DNA of 64,000 nucleotides from a virus (lineage: Duplodnaviria; Caudoviricetes), in IMG/VR virus record IMGVR_UViG_2643221950_000002, positions 1 to 64,000 of that record. One strand, given 5' to 3'. The translations under genes were made by a program, and so were the position numbers. Below the pieces are notes generated by a model. It made no database searches, was not told the DNA's origin, and saw only the letters and a list, made by a program, of their open reading frames with translations. Of the stretch, positions 42,451 to 52,778 are shown piece by piece. Within the stretch, counting starts at the first letter, position 1, and each line of letters begins with the position of its first letter.

Positions 42451-43545
42451 CCTCCTTAAATTGATATCTTCTTTTACCTAATGCCAAAACTCCGCATCGC
42501 TTGTCTCTCTCCTGATGATCTGTATCCCCATTCTTTCTCTTGCAGCTTATCTTCTTCTTTTCGCATTATTTTAATGCAAGCTTGACACGCTTTTTTCCCG
42601 CCACCGTATTTAAACCCTACATGTCCGCCGTGTACAGAATGAAAAGCTTGAGTTTCCCCACAAAAAGAACACTGTTTCGGCTTATCAATAAAATCCCCTT
42701 GTTCATTCTTTATTTTTTTGCTTCTAAACGCCATATTTATGATACACCCCTCTCTACCACTAGCTTTATTTAAATGAAACCCATTCTTCATCTTCTTCAT
42801 AAGTTTCATCTACATTCAATAGTATTGAATCATTTGCCCAGTCGACATGAATAATAACGGCATCACGATTTTTATATGTAATTACTGCTCCAATTAGTTC
42901 AGTTTTTAACTCATTAATTTGCTCTTGCAATCTCTGTATTTTTTCTTGTGTGTCTTTTAGCCGAGATATGATATTAGAATCCATTTTCGCTCCTCTTTCT
43001 GCTTAAAATCACGATTTCATCTAAATTGATAACCAGAGTGTCTATCATTCATCATGATTTTAATCAATTTGTTATTTCTCATTTCCTCTTTCTCTTTAAG
43101 AATGGCCTCTTCATTAGCTGCTAGCTTCATTTTCAACTTAACGTTTTCTTTAATCAATTTCTTCATATTGCTCATATGTATTATCTCCCTCAAGATGTAT
43201 GTTATTTATATTCAAATAATATCCCTTCATCAGTCTTTGGTATCTGTGAGCATTCATTTGAATTTGGTTTATAACCAACATAAATGAATTCTTTATCTTC
43301 GTTTAGGATTTCGTATGCATTGTTCTTTTTAAACACTGGGTTGTTCGAATCGTCTGCAAAAGCTATGTCTTTCTTAAAGATTACTGAGTCCATGCCTTTC
43401 ACCATCCTTCTTAATTTGCCTATGGGCGATATATGAGTTCCAGGTGCAGTTCTCAAAGATGTTTATGTCTGCTTTGAGATGCATCTTATACCAGATAAGA
43501 TTAAACTTCGCTGTTTTGCATACGTGATATATGTAATTTATCATT

Positions 43546-44190
43546 CTAACTGTTAGCACGCTCATTTCCTTTAATGATCTTCTTGATATCTTCGATCTTG
43601 CATACTACATCAATTACATCAAATTTGTAGGCTTCTTCATCTGTAAAACGAAATTGTTCAGCAGCTTTTTCTAGGTAACTCAACGCTTTAAAATTCCTAA
43701 GAATGTAATTTGTTTCTGAGTCTTTTCTTTTAAGGAGTGTATCCAGAATGATTTCATTCAGTCCTTCAACTTGGAACTCTCTAATATTTAAGACATCTAG
43801 GTATGTTGAGTTTGAACACCATTTCTCCCACACTTCATAAAGATCGAGAGGATAATTTAAAATAAAACTTTTAGGTTTATTTTGCAATTGCTTGTCTTCG
43901 AATTTCTCAGATATAATTTCTCTAATTTCTTTTTGATGCAGCTCTGTTTCTTCTATTCCTGTCAATTCTACAGCTTTGAACAGCAAGTGAGCCAATAATA
44001 ACTCAAATTTGTTTGGTGGAATACTTGATTCTACAGCAACTATGTCTTCCTTCGGATTAATATCATACTGATGATAAATGGAATATGTGTAAACATGATT
44101 TGAAAAAAGCGTTTCTGCTTTAGAAAATACTGATTTAATATAGTTTTTGTTCATATTATTAATCTCCTTTTTGTTTTTTAGTCTTCCCAC
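43546..44190 (-). CDS. hypothetical protein
   Basis: about 200-aa ORF; true start probably the internal ATG (MNKNY) after AAGGAG. Confidence 0.6.
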   Translation of the reverse strand: MGRLKNKKEINNMNKNYIKSVFSKAETLFSNHVYTYSIYHQYDINPKEDIVAVESSIPPNKFELLLAHLLFKAVELTGIEETELHQKEIREIISEKFEDKQLQNKPKSFILNYPLDLYEVWEKWCSNSTYLDVLNIREFQVEGLNEIILDTLLKRKDSETNYILRNFKALSYLEKAAEQFRFTDEEAYKFDVIDVVCKIEDIKKIIKGNERANS

Positions 44191-44427
44191 TCAGAATCAT
44201 CAAACGGTTCTAAATCAGCCGTACTTTCCCATCCTTTAATAAAAATAGTTTCATTATCTTTATGTTTTAAAAGATAATCTGCCAACTCCTCTGGAGTTCT
44301 AATTGATGTTTTTTCATCGATAATGTCTAAAATAATATCTCTGGCCATTAAGTTTGTTACAACTGTTTTCATGCTTCCCCTCCCAATTCCTTCGAAATAA
44401 TCCTTTTATTAAAAACCTGTGCTTTTT

Positions 44428-44625
44428 TTAAATCATATGTTGATTTACAGTAACCCTATCAATCAACCAAAATTCTAATAGCTCTTCTTTCGTCTTGTTT
44501 GATCTTACATAAGCAATGTGGGGCAGTGCTCGGCTTGCTCCAAAAACTTCTACATCAATTTCTCTGAGTTCGGATAAAACTTGTTCACTCAAATTCTCAG
44601 TTAATCCTAGAATATATTCTTTAAT
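44428..44625 (-). CDS. 65-aa hypothetical protein with ATT start
   Basis: GAGGAGG RBS then ATT AAA GAA TAT..., open to TAA at 44428. Confidence 0.55.
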   Translation of the reverse strand: MKEYILGLTENLSEQVLSELREIDVEVFGASRALPHIAYVRSNKTKEELLEFWLIDRVTVNQHMI

Positions 44626-44638
44626 AATTTTCTCCTCC

Positions 44639-45313
44639 TCAACTCGGTGTATAGTAAATGTCTAATTGAAAATCATATTGCGGATACAGTCTCCAAATTT
44701 CATGGCCTAAATATCTATTCTGAGCATAGTATAAGCAGTTTGATGTACCGCTCCTGCTCCCATCATAAATCGCTACAATACTCTTACTGTGATCCACCAT
44801 GTACTCATTTCTTCTACTTAGTTTTGCGACTGAATATTCTCCAATAGGAACTGAACCATCTTTGTAATTTTCAGTTTCATCAACCTTGATTACTTCATCT
44901 GCTTTATCAAGCATCTTTCTATACCAGGCCTGTTGCTCTGTTGACCATTTCTTATCCTGATTTTCAAAAGGCACCGCAACAATATTTTTGATATGAGGGT
45001 ACTTTTCTTTCAAAATATGTACACACCAGAATGCAGCAGTGTCAGCACCTAAAGCTCCACCAGTTATAAATCGTTCGCTTTCATTCTCTACAATCAATAT
45101 TTCAATCACTTCGAGAAGCTTTTCTTTTAGCTTCAACATTGTTGGGTTTTTCATGTCATACCCACCCAATTTTTGTGGACGATGACCTGTGAAGCACACT
45201 GTTTTATGTCTTATTTTTTCACTTTCTTCAAAGATGCGTAGTTCTTCTTCTCTTTTTTCCCTTTGCTTCTTTATCCACTCTGGATCAGAAAACTTTTTAA
45301 AATCAATAGCCAA
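44639..45313 (-). CDS. YspA/SLOG (DUF1273) family protein
   Basis: FTGHRP, GGALGAD, AVPF..Q..KW, RNEYMVD, SGT. Confidence 0.88.
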   Translation of the reverse strand: MAIDFKKFSDPEWIKKQREKREEELRIFEESEKIRHKTVCFTGHRPQKLGGYDMKNPTMLKLKEKLLEVIEILIVENESERFITGGALGADTAAFWCVHILKEKYPHIKNIVAVPFENQDKKWSTEQQAWYRKMLDKADEVIKVDETENYKDGSVPIGEYSVAKLSRRNEYMVDHSKSIVAIYDGSRSGTSNCLYYAQNRYLGHEIWRLYPQYDFQLDIYYTPS

Positions 45314-45348
45314 TTGACCAACCCCTTTCTTTTAAAACAGTCTTTTTA

Positions 45349-45942
45349 TCACAAATCATTTAAGCTTTCCTTCAATTTATTTACCCACTCATTCCTCTTG
45401 TTCACTTTATCAATTTCTTCTTGATGCATTTTTTTGTACCGATCGATATTTTCATTCGACATATTAATTCGCATTTCTAAATACTCTTTTGGATCCTCCT
45501 TAACTACTGTTCTTGAAAATCCTTCGCAATCAGCTTTTATACTTTGTTTTAATTGGTCTATTGCGAATTCTTTAAGATTGAAATGTTCTGAAGTAGGAGG
45601 ATTCCACTTTTCTACTCCATTTAATGTGTCATTGTATCGTTTTAGCCGATGCTTCCGCTCTTCGATCTCCTTATTATGTTGAACCAACTTATTTTGGTAT
45701 TGATTCTCCACTTCTATAGATGCTTCCTCCAGTGACATATTCAGATATCTATCCAATCGTTTTAATTCGGAGTTAAGTGCTCTTTCATAAAAATTACTAG
45801 GCTTAAATTCAGGTATTTCAGCGGATAATGGTTCTTCTCTCATCGATACTGTTGCTCCAAACGCTCTTGCACATGTAATTAAATAATCTTTTGGAGACAC
45901 AGATTCTCCATTGTAAATTTCACTTGTATATCCTGTCGGCAT
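45349..45942 (-). CDS. conserved phage hypothetical protein
   Basis: MPTGYT...CARAFGA, 197 aa. Confidence 0.7.
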   Translation of the reverse strand: MPTGYTSEIYNGESVSPKDYLITCARAFGATVSMREEPLSAEIPEFKPSNFYERALNSELKRLDRYLNMSLEEASIEVENQYQNKLVQHNKEIEERKHRLKRYNDTLNGVEKWNPPTSEHFNLKEFAIDQLKQSIKADCEGFSRTVVKEDPKEYLEMRINMSNENIDRYKKMHQEEIDKVNKRNEWVNKLKESLNDL

Positions 45943-45990
45943 AATTTAATACTTCCCTTCTTTAATAAAAGAGTTTGCTAGGGAATCCCC

Positions 45991-46401
45991 CTAGCACCGC
46001 ACTGCATAATAATCTATTGTGCATGTTAAAGAGTCTTCATTAAATTGATTGATTCTTAGAACATCATCTTCTACGTTTTTGTACTTTTCGACTATACTTT
46101 CAATTCTTAATTTGAGAAGAGGTGGCGATTCCATTCTTAGATGATTTTCACCTTTAACATATTCTTTACTAACATTCTTTAAGTACGCTGCGCTTATTTT
46201 TCCATTCTTGCTGTAATGTTTTAGATAATACAAACATATAAAAGCATAGAATTTCTCAACATCAGCAGGGAATTCATTCAAATCAATTTTAATGACACGC
46301 TTTTCATCTAAAAGCACCTCGTATCTAATCAATTCTGAATGTTGCCCTTTTCCAAAATCATTTTTCAGATATACTGCATTATATTCATTCTTATTTGTCA
46401 T
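45991..46401 (-). CDS. hypothetical protein with own promoter
   Basis: AGGAGG RBS; TTGACA upstream. Confidence 0.65.
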   Translation of the reverse strand: MTNKNEYNAVYLKNDFGKGQHSELIRYEVLLDEKRVIKIDLNEFPADVEKFYAFICLYYLKHYSKNGKISAAYLKNVSKEYVKGENHLRMESPPLLKLRIESIVEKYKNVEDDVLRINQFNEDSLTCTIDYYAVRC

Positions 46402-46971
46402 TGTATTGACCTCCTATAATTTTATAGGCTGAATATAAGCTGTTATTCATTCTGTTGTCAATATGTAATTTTTATTTTAATCTAATTCCCTCATATCATC
46501 TCTCTGTTTGATATATCGTCTGAATTCTTCCCATTCTATCTCTATTTCTTTTATGCTGTTGCTTATGTAATTTTCTGCGATTTCGGAATCAATACCTTCT
46601 TCCACTGACAACTGATACATAAATTCAATTTTTGCTATTTTATCTGAAAAAGATTTCATATAATTTTTTGCTTGGTTTAAACGATACTGACTTAATCCAT
46701 GCTTCGCCTTGTCTCCAATAATCATGCGTTTATCTCCTTTGTATTGACTTCATCAAGATATTCAAACTTTTGCCATTGCTCAAGTAAATGTATGGCAATG
46801 CTTCGAACAGTATCTATCATCTCTTTCTTTTCCAAATTGTTAATATGTACATTCCAATCATTAGAAATCTTCAGAAGCTGTTGCCCTGCATTCTTGGTGT
46901 TATATTCAAGTGCCTGTATTAACTCTTTTTTATGCAAATAATCACTCCCTTTAAAATGCATCTTTTATTTA

Positions 46972-47421
46972 CTATTCAAGCTCATCCATTGCTTTGTTGG
47001 CCAACTCATCTGCCTTTTCATTCCCTGCATCTCCACTATGTCCTTTTACTTTTAAGAATGTGACTGACGCTTGATTATTAACAAGTTCGTTTAATTCCAT
47101 CCAAAGTTCCTTGTTTTCGACTGGTTTCTTGTTTGATTTACGCCAATTGTTTTTAATCCAATTCTTCACCCAACTATTCATGCCGTTAACCACGTATGCA
47201 GAGTCAGCATAAACTTCAATATGTATGTTATTTGTTTTTATGTACTTTAAAGCTTCAATTACTCCTGTCAGTTCCATCACATTGTTAGTTGTGTTTAGCT
47301 TGCCGCCTTTCAATTCAATCTCTTTCCCTTTATATGATAAGACTGCTCCCCAGCCACCAACATTTGTTTCATTTTGATTTCCTCTACAACCGCCATCAGT
47401 GTATACTATTACTTTATCCAT
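46972..47421 (-). CDS. rnhA: ribonuclease HI
   Basis: YTDGGC.GN, TTNN.MEL, DSAYV, KVKGHSG..GNE.ADELA. Confidence 0.95.
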   Translation of the reverse strand: MDKVIVYTDGGCRGNQNETNVGGWGAVLSYKGKEIELKGGKLNTTNNVMELTGVIEALKYIKTNNIHIEVYADSAYVVNGMNSWVKNWIKNNWRKSNKKPVENKELWMELNELVNNQASVTFLKVKGHSGDAGNEKADELANKAMDELE

Positions 47422-47438
47422 AGCTCTCTCCTCCTTAA

Positions 47439-48647
47439 TTAAACAACAAGTATAAGTTTTTCAGCTGCTCTAGTGATAGCTGTATAAAGCCATCTATGGT
47501 GTGTTTCATGATTTAATACTTCATTTATTACTACAACATTGTCCCATTGAGATCCTTGGGATTTATGACAAGTGATTGCGTACCCAAAGTCAAAACGATT
47601 GTAATCTGACTCTTCCCAGGGAAGCATTTTAAATGTAGGATTGGTTAATGATTCATTTGGAATATAAAGCTCTTTAAAACATTCCTCAGTGAAATCTGGC
47701 CTAAAATCAATAGTCGTTGATTCATGCTTTAGTTCTTTTTGAGTCTCATTTTCTTCATACACCTTATCAACATAACCAGTCATTCCATTCACTAATGCGT
47801 AGTCACTCACAGCTTTTTCCCAATCATTTTTCAAGCAAATCATTTTATCCCCCACCATAGGGTATTTAGATACAAAGCCTAGCAGCTCTCTAATTTCATC
47901 ATTGATATATGACCTTGTTTTGTTATATCCACAAATGATTTGATCAGCAGTTTTATATAGTCTGTTTTTATGTGCTTCCCATGTTACTTTATCAATGACA
48001 ACAACTTCTTTGTTCTCTCCATATGTTCCAGGTGCAATAGCTTGTTTTGTTCTAGCCAGCATAGACAATTTAATAATCGGATTTTCAGCTGCTTGTCTAT
48101 GAATCTCTGTAAGAGTGAAGTCTGGATTGTTGAACATGATCATAAAATCATCAATTCCGTTTTGAGAAACTGGTGGCAATTGTCCTGTATCACCAATAAA
48201 CAAAATTTTGATGCCAAACGATTTTAGGTCTTTCATTATCTTTCCATCCACCATTGAAGCTTCATCAATCACTATCAGTTTTAAATGAGATAACTCATCT
48301 TTAGATTTTTTCTCAGAATGTAAGTCACCATTTCTATCTGTTCTCACGTTATAAATAAGTTTATGTATTGTACTCGCTGCATACTTTCCATTTGCTTTTC
48401 TTGTTACTACCAAGGACGCTTTACCTGTATAACAAGCAAATGCCACTTCACTATCTTTCAATCGCATTGTTTTAATTATGTACTCAACCAATGTTGTTTT
48501 TCCTGTTCCAGCATACCCTGCCAGGAAAAATGATTTCTTTTTTGAATTCTTAAACCTGTCTTCAATAATCCTTACAGCTTCTTGTTGCATCTCTGATAAC
48601 TCAAATTTCTTAGTCGATATACTCTCCTCCTTCATAATGTTCAACAA
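47439..48647 (-). CDS. SF1B RecD/Dda-like helicase
   Basis: GYAGTGKT, STIHK, IDEASM, GDTGQLPPV, HRQ, YAITCHKSQGS, YTAITRA. Confidence 0.93.
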   Translation of the reverse strand: MLNIMKEESISTKKFELSEMQQEAVRIIEDRFKNSKKKSFFLAGYAGTGKTTLVEYIIKTMRLKDSEVAFACYTGKASLVVTRKANGKYAASTIHKLIYNVRTDRNGDLHSEKKSKDELSHLKLIVIDEASMVDGKIMKDLKSFGIKILFIGDTGQLPPVSQNGIDDFMIMFNNPDFTLTEIHRQAAENPIIKLSMLARTKQAIAPGTYGENKEVVVIDKVTWEAHKNRLYKTADQIICGYNKTRSYINDEIRELLGFVSKYPMVGDKMICLKNDWEKAVSDYALVNGMTGYVDKVYEENETQKELKHESTTIDFRPDFTEECFKELYIPNESLTNPTFKMLPWEESDYNRFDFGYAITCHKSQGSQWDNVVVINEVLNHETHHRWLYTAITRAAEKLILVV

Positions 48648-49533
48648 TTACTTTCCCCTTATTTACAAAGAAATGATCACCGTTATCTAAATGAATCCAG
48701 AATGCTTTCTCTGGCTCTTCACGATAGTCATAGATAAAATATACCTTAGCGCCCAAGAAGTCCTCCACACTATCTCCAATGGAATATGAGACACCATCAT
48801 CAATAAATCTAATTGACTTAATCAATGTATCCCTACTTTTAGCTTCACCCTTTTTAATGTGAAACATTTCAGATATCATTTCTTTTAAATGTGTGTAATT
48901 TGTATCTTTAATTTCGAATAAATGATCATTTACGATATAGCATTCACCTCCTAGAGTCTAAATAAAACTTACATTTTATCTTCTTTAGTTGCTGCTTCAT
49001 ATATGTAGAGCAATTCATATCCGTACTCAATTATTGAGTGAATATCTCCAATAGCTTCAGTCTTACCTTTTTCCAAGTTTCTTTTGAAATTAGAAATCGA
49101 ACACTCAATCTTTTCTAACTTTGATTCTAATATTTCCAATCAGAACTCCTTTCGTAATTATATATGTTATTTGTATTTTAATAGTACGATACTCTTCCTT
49201 TCACTGTCAATAGATAATTGTTATTTTTGTTTCAACATAAAAATAAGAGCATTATTTGCTCTTATGACAGCTTATAAATTATTTCATTAATTTTATCCCT
49301 CAGCTGTATTAAGTCTGAGGGATTCATTGTTATTGCAATATTATTGTTTTTCCCTGAAAATATCAGCTCGAAGGTAAACTCCATTTCACTTAGTTTGTCC
49401 ACATTGATTGTTAGATTAATATCCTGGTAGTCTTTTCTTTTGATAATGACATTTGCCATATTTAGCTATCTTCTTTCCAATCCAAAAGCAAGTTGCTCGC
49501 AATCTTAGATGTAGGATTTATGTTATTTTAGGT

Positions 49534-49758
49534 TTAATCTATTTCTTCAACATCATCTAATAATGTGATATCCAAACATCCAGTTTCTAATTTTATTTCC
49601 CTGTCACCAATTTTTAATATGATATCTTGTGTTAACTCGAACGGTGAGATTACCAATTCCGCTTTTTTATACGCAGCCTCAGTATTTTCAACATCTTCAA
49701 TTTCTAAGAATGTATCAGCGCTTATAACGAAGCAGGTTCTAAACTTAGCCATACTCAT
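49534..49758 (-). CDS. small early protein (YopT position)
   Basis: AGGGAG RBS; divergent from yopS-like gene. Confidence 0.6.
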   Translation of the reverse strand: MSMAKFRTCFVISADTFLEIEDVENTEAAYKKAELVISPFELTQDIILKIGDREIKLETGCLDITLLDDVEEID

Positions 49759-49793
49759 TTCTCCCTATCTGATTAGTCTCCTGCAACATAAAA

Positions 49794-49807
49794 GGAACAT
49801 GTGTTCT
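49794..49807. promoter_or_regulatory. putative LexA (Cheo) box
   Basis: GGAACATGTGTTCT matches GAAC-N4-GTTC. Confidence 0.65.
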
Positions 49808-49938
49808 GTTTCTTGTTTTAATTATACATCTTAGCTCTAATATTAGCTACAATATTTTTTTCTTTTTTTATTTCACATTGATTGGTATGATATGTAATAG
49901 AGCTTGTACATTTTAACAACAAAATTGGAGGTTGTCCG

Positions 49939-50157
49939 ATGTTAAATGTAGAGATCGGGCAATGTCATATTCCTAAACTGCTAAAGGAAAAAAACTGGAC
50001 ACAGGCTGATTTGGCAAGAGCCACTGGCCTGACACCGCAAACCATCTTCCAAATAATCAATCAACCTGTAGACATCCGTATTAAAACAGCAGCTAAGATC
50101 GCTATGGCATTAGGCTGCAGGATTGACGATTTGTTCGAGTTTAGGATAAGACATTGA
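49939..50157 (+). CDS. yopS: XRE HTH regulator (YopS-like)
   Basis: WTQADLARATGLTPQTI, ALGCRIDDLF; synteny. Confidence 0.8.
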   Translation: MLNVEIGQCHIPKLLKEKNWTQADLARATGLTPQTIFQIINQPVDIRIKTAAKIAMALGCRIDDLFEFRIRH

Positions 50158-50311
50158 TTAACTGAGACAATGGTCTCAGTGCACCTCCATTATCAGCGAA
50201 TTCACTGATAAGACTATACTACTATAAGCATAACAGGTTGTATACACAATATTTTGTCTTTTTTTGTCGAATAGGGAAATTATTTAGAATTTTTCATAAA
50301 AAGAAGACAAA

Positions 50312-51301
50312 TCATATAGATTTGCCTTCTTCTTTAAGTTCATCTGCGTAATATTTTCTTATGGTTTCCTCATTCATGAATTCTCGTCGGTCTGAGATAA
50401 TTTTTTGATTTAAATCATTTGCCTGAACTTTTCTATCTTCATATATTTCATTAAGAGCTTTTCTGTCCAACTCTCCCCCTTTTAATATTACCTTATAACC
50501 CTCATATAGAAGGCCTGACTTAACTATACCTATAGGTCTTAAAAATGAAAAACCAAAAATTTCTTTAAGGTTTCTAAAAGTAGAACTAACTACAGTTCTC
50601 GAAGCTTGTCCTTGCCCAATTGCATTAGTCTGTTTTGTTTTTATTACATATTCATTATCAACTAAACTTAATGATGGCTTTCTTAGCCCTGGTTTCCCAT
50701 TCAATGGTCTATATTCTGTTTCAAGGTTTGCTTCAAGACAGTCTTGCAAAGTTGCTTTGTCTACTTGTATTGTTCTTTCTCCAAATTTCGAATCATGCAC
50801 AGTAAGCATATTGTTATTATTTAATGCTTTTTCTATGTCACTTCTTTTAAGACTAGTCATTTCACTTGCCTCGTAACCTAATATGCCCTCAAAAAGCAAT
50901 CTAAATAATGCCCTATCTTGAGCATTTATTAACTCTGCACACATTTTTTCTAATTCATTTTTAGTTATATATAATTTTAAAGATGAATCTATACATAACA
51001 ATAGATCATTGGTTTTTATCAACCTAGCTAAATTATTACTACCCTTAGTAACACCATTTGCAATTGACCAATCTATATAGGTTATCATGGTGTATAAGAA
51101 TGTTTCCAAAGATGCAAGAGAAGTTGAGTACATTGCTCTCAGCACATTCAAAATTTCATCTGTTGTAAAATCAAATAAATCTTTATCCCTTATTTCTTCT
51201 TCTTTTTTTGAATGATTAAATAAAAGAGAGGCTTGCTTTTGTAGACTGTCACTACTCAATGTATCTAAATAAGTTTTCTTAAACTCCTCGTTATACCACA
51301 A
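50312..51301 (-). CDS. yopR: master repressor, recombinase-fold (YopR/SroF/MrpR-like)
   Basis: MWYNEE.K, NAQD...RLLFEG, IVKSG; last gene of the operon after aimP. Confidence 0.82.
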   Translation of the reverse strand: MWYNEEFKKTYLDTLSSDSLQKQASLLFNHSKKEEEIRDKDLFDFTTDEILNVLRAMYSTSLASLETFLYTMITYIDWSIANGVTKGSNNLARLIKTNDLLLCIDSSLKLYITKNELEKMCAELINAQDRALFRLLFEGILGYEASEMTSLKRSDIEKALNNNNMLTVHDSKFGERTIQVDKATLQDCLEANLETEYRPLNGKPGLRKPSLSLVDNEYVIKTKQTNAIGQGQASRTVVSSTFRNLKEIFGFSFLRPIGIVKSGLLYEGYKVILKGGELDRKALNEIYEDRKVQANDLNQKIISDRREFMNEETIRKYYADELKEEGKSI

Positions 51302-51303
51302 AG

Positions 51304-52692
51304 CTATACACCTTCTACTTCATTCAATTTGTATTGGAAATATTTAATAACATGGTTTTTACTATGAGTTACTTCATTCTTTTTATTTAAGATTTTGTGT
51401 TCTTTTAACTCTGGATTATTTCTAACAAAGCTAAGTTTCATTTTTTTAATTATTTGTTGCGCCATTTTTGCGCTAATACCTGATGTGTACATAAAATATG
51501 CAATTTCCATGAACCCAACCAAAATATTTTTATTTATTACGATAGTTTTTTTGGCTTGCTCAAATTTGTCTCCTAGAAATTCTTCATAGTACAGCTCAGT
51601 TAATTCATCAAAGAATTCAACCAAAAAGACACCAATTTTCCTTACAGCTATTTGATCTTTCAGCAACCTAGGGAATTTTGTTGCCTCCATTGCACTTGCT
51701 ACATCATTTAAGGAATATAGATAATCTGATTGAGTTGCAATCACATCATGATCTAAACTTATTCTTTGACCAATTACACTGTTGTCTCGAATATGAGTAA
51801 CAACTTTGTTCACTGGATTTTCTTCGTTCATTTCTTTTAGTTTCGATAGTCTAACTGGTGTCATAGTGTTATGCTGACCAAATAACTGCCTTGCAACTTT
51901 TTGAGTTACGTTGTAAAAGTCCACTTTCATGAATTTATCATCAAAGCTGCCAGACCTTACCGCTTTAGAAATACCAACAATACGGTGATAACCATCAATT
52001 ACATCAACAAGTGTATCTTTCATCACCGTTAAGCTTCTCTCATTTGTATCATAAGATATCTCAATACCCTCAGATGATGAACCAAATCTTGCATTAAATA
52101 TTAATGTTGAGCTTATTAATGTACCATCAATTGCTTTTTGAGAAATCTGTTCTACCGCTTCTTGATTAAGCTCAGGAATAGGTATTTCTCCACCCAAGAA
52201 CTCAAAATTTTTAGTCTCGCTAGTTCTTTGAGTTCTTGGGTTGTATTGAAGCAAATGGTTTTCATACATTTTTGCTATTTCGCTTCTTTTAAGTAAGAAT
52301 GTGTAGTTGTTGTCATCTACTTTAGTAACATCCTTAAATGTTATAGGAAAAATCAACTCATTGTCATTATTCTGTGAGAAACCTTCCCAAGTTGTTTCAA
52401 TTTCTTGAATTATTCTTTCGGGGAAATAATTTGCTGGATTAATCTTTTCATCTTTAGTCACTTCATACATACCTGAAGCTAGAAGGTATTTTTCTTCTTT
52501 TCGAAGTGCTTCCTGTCTCCCAAATCTTATTATTAGATTCATTGTTTCCCCAGGTGAAACACCTTTATGAGAAAGAATGTTTTGAAGTCTTTCCCTAAAA
52601 TTTTTATCATGTTTATTTTTTTGCAATAACACTTCTATAGTTTCGTTTAGAAGCGCATCTTTTTCATCATCAAAAATCACTAAGTTATTCAT
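51304..52692 (-). CDS. yopQ: ParB/DndB-like protein (YopQ/SroE-like)
   Basis: YNPRTQR, VIDGYHR; synteny. Confidence 0.8.
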   Translation of the reverse strand: MNNLVIFDDEKDALLNETIEVLLQKNKHDKNFRERLQNILSHKGVSPGETMNLIIRFGRQEALRKEEKYLLASGMYEVTKDEKINPANYFPERIIQEIETTWEGFSQNNDNELIFPITFKDVTKVDDNNYTFLLKRSEIAKMYENHLLQYNPRTQRTSETKNFEFLGGEIPIPELNQEAVEQISQKAIDGTLISSTLIFNARFGSSSEGIEISYDTNERSLTVMKDTLVDVIDGYHRIVGISKAVRSGSFDDKFMKVDFYNVTQKVARQLFGQHNTMTPVRLSKLKEMNEENPVNKVVTHIRDNSVIGQRISLDHDVIATQSDYLYSLNDVASAMEATKFPRLLKDQIAVRKIGVFLVEFFDELTELYYEEFLGDKFEQAKKTIVINKNILVGFMEIAYFMYTSGISAKMAQQIIKKMKLSFVRNNPELKEHKILNKKNEVTHSKNHVIKYFQYKLNEVEGV

Positions 52693-52778
52693 ACAAATAC
52701 ACACCTCTTCTAAAACAAAAATAACAAACATATTATATTAAATCAATTTTTAGTCAAAAAATTAATCTAAATGTAAAC

